NCBI RefSeq assembly: GCF_018977255.1
Contig: NW_024704743.1
Span: forward strand, 50,532,001-50,596,000
DNA from: Callorhinchus milii
Taxonomy: Eukaryota
Reading direction: 5' to 3'
DNA length: 64,000 nt
Shown here: one piece after another, positions 11,043-23,000 of the stretch
Layout of the letters: the number at the start of each line of letters is the position of its first letter
How positions within the stretch are numbered: position 1 is the stretch's first letter
The notes under the pieces: model-generated
Seen by the model: only the letters and a program-made list of their open reading frames with translations
What the model was told of the DNA's origin: nothing
Database searches by the model: none
Made by a program: the position numbers and the translations under genes

Positions 11043-14000
11043 CTTCAGTGGGCGTGGTGGTGAAAGAGAAGCGTTGAGGAACAGAGGAGAGGGGGAAAAA
11101 AGATCCATTTTTACATCCATTCACAAATTACAAGGCTTACATCTCTACAGAGATCTTACCCCGAACCACCCTTCCCAAGAGATATATCTTACGTGAAACA
11201 TAATTTTACAACTCTTGTTCCAGCAACTTTAGAAACACAAACAAATGAGGTCCCTCAACCCTAAATAACAGTGCCACTCTATTTTGGTTTTGTGACGGAT
11301 GCAATAATTAAGACTTACAAATTGAAGCATTTATATGATTTATTATATGCAAACATCAACGAGTTCAAATTTGCTGTCAACTATTACCATTGCCATGCTT
11401 ACAGTCTCAGATCTGTATAATAGTGTGATGGGACACTCATCCTTCCAGGTATTTGGTCCTTCACAGAAGAATTATTGCAGGAAAAAGCTAGTTATCTGAT
11501 CTGTGGTCCCTCTCTCACCTCCAGCCTCTCTCACTATCACAGCTATTGCTACTAACATCATCGTGGTCCCAGCTCGGGTGCCAAGTCAGGATTATTAAGC
11601 GCCTGGAAAGTCTTCCTGACGTGAAACATGCTATATATGTATATCAATTTATATATGTATTAAGGGCAGTTTCCAGGATAATGAAGGAATAGAATAGGTT
11701 TAGGGACAACACAACACTGTTTGTGATTTTACCTTTCTTTTCAGGCACAGGACAGAAGTTAGTGTTGCAAGCTTCTGAAGCTACAGGTCTCTGATGCTGG
11801 AGGCAGCCTGTGGTAGGTCTGCCGTATGCAAGGCACTGCACGCCACGAGCTCGCACTCCTCCCCCGCAGGTCACTGAACACTGCAAAGCAAATGTTTCAA
11901 AGAGAAAATCAGTCAGAGTTGTATATGGATAATTCTTTACCTCCATATTACAAATAATGGCCAGCCATTCCGCAAGGCAATGTGCTCCTTGCAAACATGT
12001 GAACAAATGGATTTGGACAAGGAATGCAATCTTTTCTCAAACCTAATGACTGCAGCTTCACCAACTACTTATCTTGACTAAATTCACGCACAGTCACACC
12101 ACTTTACTGTATATCCTGTGAAATGCTTTGAGACATCTCGACGGGTTGATAAAGTGCTGTATCAAATGCAAGGATTATTATTATTATGGGGGTGGGGCTG
12201 AGGGAATTGCACGTTTCTTTAAATGTATGTGAATCTATGGCAACAAAGTATCATCATATTCACATAAAATTTCTCACCTTTCTCCTCTCCCCACCCCTCG
12301 GTTCCAGCTCAAGTGCCAAGTCAGCATTATTAAGCACTTTTGAGACGTCCTCCTGATGTGAAAAGTGCTATATAAATGTAAATTGTATTGTAGCATAGAA
12401 CCAATGTATTCCAAGCTTTGGCAATGGTTCTCGGAGTACATCCAGGGTTCAAACCCCAGTCTGTGCTAAATTAGCTGCTCTTAATCTGTCAGAAGTGATG
12501 CTACTATTTTCATCAACGTCCTGGGATACTGAGGGGGAAAATCAGCCAGGATCCTGCTCCTGATCGCCAGGTAGAGATGTCCAGTGGAGGTGTGCTAGTA
12601 CAGAGTAAGGACAGCATTGGGCTTTGCTGTGACGTTCTCACTCTCAAATAGTCTGCCGGGACTCATTGTGTGTTAACCCATGACTAAAGGTGAGGTACTA
12701 TAGGATGATAGAATCCATAAAATAAGCCCCAGGTAGACGGAAAGAGCCAAGGAGAGCCAGAGAGCAATGTAACCTTGATTATTCAATTAATTAATGAACC
12801 CACAACCTTCTGACCTCAGAGGCAAGAGTGTTATCAACCGGACCAAGCTGACACACACACATATTGATTTCAAATGAAAATACAGAAATGTGTATTTTGT
12901 TTAGGGAGATCCATTGAAACAAATAGGATTGCTTGACTTTTGTTGTGCTCAATATCTTTCACTGAACTTTGGACATTAGGAAATATGGGGGCAGAAATTT
13001 CTCTTAAAATTCACAATTGTGCAGGGAATTGAAAGGGAGACTTAACTTCAACCTGAGTTTGTACAGTAATAAAATCCTTGCATTTGATATTGCGCTGTTC
13101 ACGTCAGGAGGTTATCTCAAAGCTCTTCACAGGATTGATTGTAAAGTAGTGACTGTGTGTTTTGTAGGCTAGGCCAATTTTCTGCAGTTTTCTTTTGATA
13201 CTACATTGGCATCAACATCCAAATTCTGACCGAATTTAAGACCTTTTCTTCCAAAACACAGCATGGTTCTAAATATTGTGTGACAATCGAGTTAAGCCCA
13301 AAAGCATGTGTGATTTCGAAACCCAGGACGCTACTTTACCCTGTTTAAACCTATCAGATTTCAACCAATTGATAGGAATGCAGGTAATGTAAGGCAGTGA
13401 GCAATACATCCTTCATATACTACAGCGACCAATTAGAGCAGCTGGCTGACTAGTGGACACAGCTCGCCAAGTTTCTCTATTAAAATTAAATGCCTTCTTT
13501 GCTTTCTCCTTAGCTTGTTGATGATAGGTGCTGTCAACACATTTTGCGCAAGTTTGCTAAACATTGCAATATGTTTAAAAGCTGCTCGCTTCTTTGTCCT
13601 TTAAGGAAGAATTCATATTACTCATCAGCAGAAGATCAAATAAACCCCAGGACTGAATGAATGTCTGGCTAGCAGGTCCAAGCATAACAGTGGCTAGCCC
13701 GTTCTTACACTCAATGTGTAGTGCAGAAAAAACTATCCTTTTATACATTAGATATAAATTATGAAGGTGAGGGCATCGCAGTGAAAGCACAATACATTTG
13801 AAGAACAATACGTTCTGAGCAATACAATTATATAAATCAACAACAAACAACAACAACTTGCATTTATATAGTGTCCTTCACATGGGGCAGCGTCCAGGAG
13901 AGCTTAACAGTGGCGGAGCCTAAGGATTAAGTGTGCACAAAAACCCGGGAAAAGTAAATAATGAGAATCCAAGGCCGTGCTGTTATAAGGTGTATGGGTC

Positions 14001-17000
14001 TGCTTTAGTGAGGTGTACTGTGGATGTGCGCTCCACTGGAAACAACGTATACTTGAGACAGTACCCTGTTGAGCCAGCTTCCTGCACTAAACAATGGCTG
14101 CCTTGTGGGTCATTAGGTTGCAGCTGACAACACTTTCTACACATTGCTCATATACACAGGAAATGCCCCATTTTGTGAACAAAGTGACTTCAGCAACGCT
14201 TCCTGTGCATAGTGCAGCACCCGTGTTACATTAGTGGTAACCTGGTGACAACCTGGAAGACGATTGTGTTTTGGATCTTTGTTTTAAACCATTGGGACTG
14301 TTTATGGTCCCAGACCCCACGTTATAATGAATCCCCCCTGCAGGTCAAAGCCTGAAGATTTAATGGAAAAGGAATCTAAGAATGTGGGCTCTCATACAAG
14401 AAACGTACTGTCTCTATAAGTGCAAATTGAAGTTGTAATTGGAAATATGCTGAACTTTTAAATTGCTGTCAGTCTGTCCATATACCAGTCACTGACCTTG
14501 AAAGGAAGACATTGTTGTAAGTGCTTGAGACGTGCTGATGTACTAAGATATCAATCTAGTGGTATTATGGTATTACTGGAGCCCTGCTCCATTGGACCTA
14601 AGAACTACCAAGCCTAATACTCCTTAGAATTAGAATCCATTCACTCTCTGGCACCTCCCTACCTCTCCGACCTCCTCACTCCTCATTCCATCACCCGGTG
14701 CCTCCACTCAACTGGCACCGGCCTCCTGCTCATCCCTCGCACCCTCTGCCCCACCATCGGAAGTCGTGCTTTCAGCCACTACTCCCTGAAACTCTGGAAC
14801 ACCCTTTCTGAATCCCTCCTTGCCCCCTCTCTCCCCTTTTTCAAGTCCCGCCTGAAAATCTTCCTCATTGACCATGCTTATGGCCACCTCCCCCCCGCCA
14901 CTCCCCCGGCTCGGAGTCAGGCACCGCCACTGTTAAGCGCTCTGAGATGCTACCCTGCGTGGAGGGAGGGCACTATATAAGTGCACGTTGTTGTTGTAGA
15001 AATAGGTAAGCAGGATGCATCCCTTCAGGGAAAGCATTCCATTCTAAAACACTGGAATTTCCACGTGTAGGTGAGATGCATGGAATTCTCAGTCTTGTTT
15101 GGATACTCTTAAGCATGGTGATGGATTTCCGCATGTCTCAGACACCCAGCTGAATGAAAAAAAACACAAAAGAACTAAGAACTGCAGAGTCTTACCTGAG
15201 ACCATGGTGAGGCATACCAGCTTGCTAGTGCATTGCTAAGCACCCTGTCATTGGATGATCTTGGGCAGGCACTAAGGATGCAAGCTCTCTCCAGTTCGAT
15301 GTTAGGTTTTGGCAAGTGATGGCACCGTTTGTAAGCATAGTCTTTGTATTTACCAGAAGCATCTTTCACCGCACATTTTAAGTGTCTCTTCTGAACGCCT
15401 TTACCGCAACTTGTAGAACACTGGAAAAAGCACCAACGTAGATGAAACCAGAACCTTGGTGTGCAACCTCAAACATTTATGATAGTAATAATAATCTTAC
15501 ATGTGGTATAGCGTCTTTGGTGTACAACGTCCCAAAGTGCTTCTCAGGGTATTCTGTAAAGTGCAGTGACTGCATTTTTCCAAGCTAATATATTAAAAAT
15601 ACTCAGGTATTTTCAGAAGGAATTACACAATGGTAGTTTCATCAGCGATGTGTTATTTGGTAAATACAGTATAACTCACATAAATCGTATCAGTTGGGAC
15701 CATAACATTCAATATGACTTACACAAAGTCCAAATTGCAGGCAAACTGTATGAATCGATTCAATGAAAAATCTACACTGTGCATGCTTAGTAACTCAATG
15801 CAGCTGGCAAGTGCGGATATGGTGACGGTTCAAGGCTACATTTCCCGCGATTTAATGCATCTTGACCCGTCGCCGAATGCGCACTTACTGGCAAGCGTTG
15901 GGATCGCATTGAATCACGGGAAATTAATGCCTGTGGCGACAGATGAAGGCTATGTTTCCTTTGATTCAATGCAGCGGACTGTAAGTGCGCATGCGTCGAC
16001 GGGTCAGGACGTCATTTCTTGCAATTCAAAGCAGCCGGTACGTGGGGGAGTAATGGAGGGTAGGGGAGTGGCGTTACGAGTTAGGAGGTGATTAATACAA
16101 GTCGAGCAAAGAAATCTAAGTGGTTTTGAAACTGAATGGGATTCGAATGAATGTATGACATAGGCGGTTAGACAATTTATAAAGGTAAGACTTATATGGG
16201 TTTTACTGTACTCTTTGATGGTATTGTTTCTAGGTAGTTTGATGTGAATTACTGTAAATATTACTAGGCAAGAAATGCACCTTTTTAAAAAGGAATGATT
16301 TTAAACCCACGAAACAATGAAAGAAAAGGGACACACATAATAAATTATTTATGAAATCAACTGGCACTAGTTTGGGTCTAAGGTAACAACAAATACTAAG
16401 ATGGATACCAGCAGAGCAAACACTAAACATCGCCACATTTTACACAACATAACAGATCTTCTTAGATTGCAGTTTTCCCAATTAACTCAGACAGGATATA
16501 TTTCACAATCACTGCTTGATAAGCAATATGTTGCTCGGTGTACATTTTAGGAATGACAATGTTTCCAAACAGTTGGTCTTAGGGACTTGATATGAGTATT
16601 TCTGAACAGATTCAACAAGTCCACCATTTACTTAAGGCAGTCCCTCTTTGTGATCGGAATCACTGAAAGTTACTGGAAGTCACGGGAAGAACAATCAGTG
16701 ATGTGCATCCACTTGTGGTGAATGAGGCTGATATTGACGGTCAGATTTCCCTAAATAAAAACTAACCAAAAGCACAATGAAGCCACAAAGTCTTTGGTGT
16801 AAATGACTGATTCACGTTTTAAGTCTATCGTTTCACCTTGAGGCACAACTGGTTAAAGCTCACTCATTGCTTCCCTCTTCATGACTTGTTTTATCACTCC
16901 TGGCTAGCCACTACTCTCGTTGAATTATGAGCAATCTATTAATTCATTATTGTTTTCAACGTTACTGTAATCTGTTACTGTACCTCGCTCCATGTTAATA

Positions 17001-20000
17001 TAAACCACTGCAGTTTGCGATGTTTGTGGCAGCGTTTCAGCAGGCAGGTTTCTTGGCTTTTGGGCTTAGGTTCTGCCTTGCACGCACTGCCGTGTAGGAT
17101 CTGGGCTTTGGGAGCGGGATTCGTACTCTTGCAAACAACAATCCTCTTCCTCCATCCTTTTCCACATGTCCGAGAACACTGGACAGAAATAAAATATTTT
17201 AATGACTGACTAGACCAGCTTATAAATCATGTCATTCAGACTTAAATTCATGTTCCCCTGTTGTCACACAGAATCAGTTTGAGTGCTTCCATTTCTCATA
17301 AACATTACGCAGCTGACCTTCCGCGCTAATACTATTTGTTTTAGTCTGAAGCAAAAAATTATCATCACTGGATGATTTGAAAGCTTCAGGGAAATGATGA
17401 CTGCAGCATAACAGCACACACAGTTTGTTTTTTGTGGCATTTCTGCAGTATCAAAAATCTGTTTAAAACAAGCAGGAGGCTGCAAGACAGTATCAAAGGA
17501 AATAATTTGAGCCATTTCTCATCCTATTACACCAACAGGAACTCCATATAATTACTAAGCAAAGGCTGCATCCGTTGATTTAAGTTTTCTTAAAAGAAGA
17601 AATTGCCCAATTTGAAAGCTGCAAAGGCAATGAAAGGCACATGCAGTCATTGAGAGCTACAAGTCACTGTTAAACAGTTACATAATGGAGAGCGGAAGAA
17701 GCTGTCAAACCATGAGAGCTGGGGTCGAGTAATTTAAGTCACCTGCTCTATATGTGCTCGTATAATTGCTTTTATGTCACTAACCACTATTAGCTATTTC
17801 ATGTTAGGAGCTTGTACAGCACATGTGGTCTGATGTACCCTGCATTTGATTCTATTGACTATTTTCTAACCTGGAAATCACTTTCAATGTGTCAAATGAC
17901 TGTGGATGCCCCTTGCTAGTATTTCTAAGTGCAGAATAATTATTATTACACCAATTACACCTGCTGTGAATAAAAGGAAACAGAAAATAACTGCGATGTC
18001 AGAAACTAAATAACCAGCTAATCCTAGTGGATTTTCTGCTGTATTGCAGCATTCCTTGTTTAAATGTTTTCATTGTTTTTTTCCTTCAATTTGTTTGTTT
18101 CCAGCCCTTCCCCTGACCAAATATTCCCTCACCTCTCCTGAAGGTCCTCTCTCACTCTGGAGAATAGTTCCACAAGGTGTTTTATGCCATCTGGTACCTC
18201 ACCTAAGTGACTATTCTTCCCCAATGAGTATGCACTCAGCATCACCAGGATCTTCACTCGCTGAGGGCAACACAGCTGGATCCAATCCTGTCCTCCAACA
18301 AGGACCTTCGGCCAGTAGCAATGAGGAGCAGAAGCCCTTGGTTTATTTCCACCCACCTCTCTGGTATGAACAAGCATTGTAGTGCCCTTTCTGCTGAAAT
18401 CAAGTAATTGAAAACAGCCCACATTGGGAACTCTTTGAATGTTGCATGGAATTTACCAGGTAAATTAGGTAAATAGTTGATCTGATCTTGAGAAAACACA
18501 AGATAAGAGGCCTTTATTTAAGTTTAATTATTTCCTGTTCCTAGGAAATCAAGAACAGGAGGAGGCCATTCAGCCCTCTGAGCTTGTTCCATAGAATTTA
18601 AATCGGAGCCAAGACAAGTATAACTGAGATCAGGAAGCAACTCTTCACGCAGAAACTTGTGAAGATGTGGAATGCCCTGCTCCAGAATCCCGGAGAAGTG
18701 AAAGGGATGTTTGAAAAGCGAGATGATCTGATACTAATTAAGGGGTATGGCGAAAGGGTATTGAGATTACAAGATCTGCCAAGATCTAATAAACTGGTGG
18801 GACAGGCTTGATGGGCTGAACGGGACCTCCTGTTCCTATGGAAATAGAACTCACGGTGGGTTGGCGGTGGAGAAAACATTGGAAATGAAAGTTAAATAAA
18901 GGCTTTCTATCTGTCCAAGATCATTAGATCAAGCAGTTGCTTACTTCTGGTATTGTCTATGTAGTGTGATTGGTTGTGGGACGACACGTCAAAGAACCAG
19001 AAGCATCAGGAGAGCCCACAATAGCTCCTGGTTACCCAACACTCCAGCAGGTTTACTACACACCTCAGACCAAGCTCCAAGGCTCCAGGCAGGTGGACAG
19101 TCTCGGGTGTTACACCTTTGCCTTCGCACAGGCACAGGCACTGGGCACAGAGAGTCGTGCACATTTTCCAGCTTGTTGAAGGCAACTCTTCGGACACATT
19201 GGACTTGTCTGAGCTGTTCACCTGTTCCGCATGTCTGGCTGCACTCTCCCCAGTCCCCAATGGCCCAGCTGTAGAAACATCAAAATCGTTCACACGCGCA
19301 CATTAAAGTGGAGGATTAAACCTGACAGTTGGAATGCAAGGTCGTGTTTACTTTTTTACCTGATCCCACCTTAGGAACCGATTGTTCAGTGTTAGCCAGA
19401 TGAATTTAAGTTTCACTAAATCTCTCTTGTTCAATTTGCACCTCCAATTTAAGTCAGTTGGGGAGAAATTCACCTGAGTCTAGATTTAAGTAGCACTTCA
19501 GAGAGTTCAAAATTAAGCAAAATCTTAAACACAGCCTGAATTTCACAGCTTTTTTTATATAAATTATTTTGAGAAGCACTAAAAAACGCTTTCAAAATTA
19601 AACCTTAATCCAGCAATTTGCCAAATTCTGGGCCCTCTAAAATGCAACAAAAATAGAGTAAATATGAACCCAGGTAGAATTTCTCCCTGAAAATCCTTGT
19701 GTGCCCTAAATTGTGTGTACACAAAATAATAATAATCCTTGCATTTGTTATTGTGCCCTTCACCCCGGGAGGACATCTCAAAATGCTTCACAGGATACTG
19801 TAAACTGTAGTAAGTGTATTTTTGTAGGCAGACAATTACTCAGAGCAATATCCTGCAAACAGCCATGAAGTGAATGACCAATTATATAATTATTAATGGG
19901 CAGAGGGGATTTTGGTTTAAAATCTGATCTGAAAGATGCTGCACATCCTCCAGCAATGCATTGCAGCATTAGCCTTATCTGTGAACTCAAAACAAGGCTT

Positions 20001-23000
20001 GAACAAAACTTTTGACTCAAAGGCACGGGTGCTACCAATTGAACCAGTCTAGATACACTGAAGATTAATTTTCGATTATTTTTTCTCGCCTCTTTCACAG
20101 GGTATTTGCAGGCTGCTTTCAAGATGGATCACTACCTTTTAAATAATAATAATAATAATCCTTGCATTTGATATAGCGCTTTTCACGTCGGAAGGACGTT
20201 CCAAAGCACTTCACAGAATACACTGTAAAGTGAATTGACTGTATATTTGTGGGCGAACGCGGCAGCCAATTGCGCACAGCAATGTGCCACAAACAGTCGT
20301 AGATTGAAAATGACCAATTTTTATAACTGTTTTTGGTTTTGGAGGGATTATTATTAGGCGTGTGGAGTAAGGAAACTTGCCCAAGGTTTCACCCTGCCTG
20401 GAATTGAACTCAGGTCTCTCGCCTGCAAAGCGAGTGCTCTAACCACTGAGCTACAGGACTCCACAAGCACACGAGCAAGAGGATGTAAAATAAATCTAAT
20501 GTGGAAAGAACCTACTCCAGTTCCCAACCATTCAAAGGTGAGCAGACTCACTGGGGCATTTTTCTCACATAACTTCCCACACTTAACCCTATAACCGTTG
20601 AACTGCCCAGGGCTTTGATGTGAAGAAAATCCCATGAGGGCAGAGTTTATAAGTGACATTCTACAAAGGGAAACAATCAACTGGTCAGTTCAACTTTTTT
20701 TCATTGGCAAGGTGTATTCATGCAGACCCGATCTCTCCAAACCCACCCATCAGAAGATTCCTTGGTGTCCTGCCCCTGTACATTTGAGCATGGTCGCACC
20801 ACACATTTAACTGATTCTTTTTATTCCCACGTTGTAAAAACATGACTAGAAATGGTTACCATGGTTTTGTAATCCACTGAACAAATGTTATGATAACACT
20901 TGGGAGTTAGTCACTTCCGAACTACAAATGCTTTCTTGGGATTTCTTCCCATCATCTAGATGTGCTGTGTAACTGAAAGATCTCAACCAGCCATTGCTCA
21001 GAACACTTACTGCCAAACCTATGGATTCCATCCCACAGAACAAAAGAGGAATCCACGTCACTACTAAACAGGATACTTTATAAACTGATTTGAATTAAAA
21101 GCTTTGAGCTATGCAACAATGGAGCAACAGACCTACCGATCATATTGCAAGGATTATTTTTATTATTATTCGTTTACACGCTGTGCAACTGTGTTTGGAC
21201 AGATGTTATCCAATGCAGATTACCAAACTGGCTTCAGGCCTCTGATGACCATCGGTGGATGACATGGCGTAATTCTGTGCCTAAATCTAAACAGCCTCCT
21301 GTCCGGGCAGCAAGCAAGCTGATGACAGCTGGCTGGCCTGCAGCTCAGCCCAGTGTGGAAGTAAGCTACCCTTGGACTGTAACTCAAACCAGCACTGAGA
21401 TGCCAGAAACACATCTGTCAGCACTTCTGGACATTACCTTCAATTATTTCCTCCATGTATTCTTCCATGATTATATATAACGTTTACTAACAGGGCAACA
21501 AGATGCCATTACAGAGTCACGAAAGCTGTACAAAAATAAAATGTGCCCCCTCCCCCCCAAATCCTAGTCAGCAGTTAGTGTTATATTTATTACTGAATCA
21601 ATGCAAGATTCCTAGTTTGGGAAAGCAAAAGCAGTAAAGGATTTCTTTCCTCTTTGCTGATTTCATATTTAGGATTTGGGTTGCGGCCAACGATCACAGA
21701 CTGCATCTGAGAACGATCAAAGATATTAGATACAGAAAATGGTATTTGCTTTCAGCTTAAGCAATGTTTTAATGACTGTGTGCATCACTAATAAGGTAAA
21801 CCATGTGAGTGATGTCATCTCCTCTGTATGATCCGATCTTTTTTACATCAACAGTGTTTGCAGACACTGCATGTCCCTAGACTGCTGGTGTAAGAGTAAC
21901 TGAACCGGTAAAAATATATTGGTTATACGTGCGGACCAGAAAAAGAGACATCATAACCTGGGCACTCAACCAACAGTTTATCACACTTCTCAGATGAACT
22001 TTCTTTTTGAGTGGAGTCCTGTAGCTTAGTGGTTAGAGCACTCGTCTCACAAGCGAGAGACCTGGGTTCGATTTCTAGCAGGGCAAAACCTTGGGCAAGT
22101 TTCCTTACTCCACATGCCTGATAATAATCGCTCAAGAAAAAAATAAATAAAATTGGTCACTTCAATCCACGACTGTTTGCAGGATACTGCTATGCACAAT
22201 TGGCTGCCATGTTTCAAATATACAGTCAATTCACTTTACAGTATAGTCTGTGAAGTGCTTTGAGACGTCTAGAAGACGTGAAAAGCTTTATGTCAAATGC
22301 AAGGATTATTATTATTACTATTATTATTGTTATATTCTCTGCTCTTCTGATTCAGGTCCATTGTTCATTGAACACGACTGTTCACTTGCACCTGGCTTCA
22401 AACACACTCCCTTGTTCCAGTCATTACGTACTCTCTCAGTAAAGAAAAACTTTCTGGTGTCTGTCCTGAAGTTGCCTTTGCAACTCTAAACCTACGTCCT
22501 CTTGTTCTACTGGCTTGTGCATCCTAAAGCATTGATCTGGGTTCACTTTTTCAATCCCAATTAAAATGCTATAAACCTTTATGATATCCTGACTCTTCTT
22601 CTCACAAGACTGACTGTGACCTGTTCCCTAGCAGACAAACAGTGCTGCTACTGTGAAAGTCAGTGCATTGTAAATGATAGGACCAAAATCTTGGTATTCA
22701 AGAGGTGGTGGCAAACCCACCCACATCCAGACGCAGGTAATATGTTTATTTCGCTGCTCAAATTGCTGCCACCACAAGTGCTTTCTCACAATAGAACAAA
22801 TCCCAGAGAAACTGAACCCTTTTCTGTGCAGATCAAACCATGGTCAAAAATATTTTCTGCTGCACAACTCAAACAATTTGTTTTCAGCAGTACTCAGTTC
22901 AGAGTATGTCCTGAATTTAAATATTTAAGCGCTCCGTGGTGCTACCCAGTGTGAAGAGCACTATATAACTGCAAGTTGTTGCATTTTGAAGGTTTTTGTG

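Noticed and set aside
15714..16091. 125-aa plus-strand ORF over the CpG-rich element
   Set aside because: No recognisable domain. The open frame can be explained by higher GC content, and the inverted-repeat structure argues for a non-coding role.
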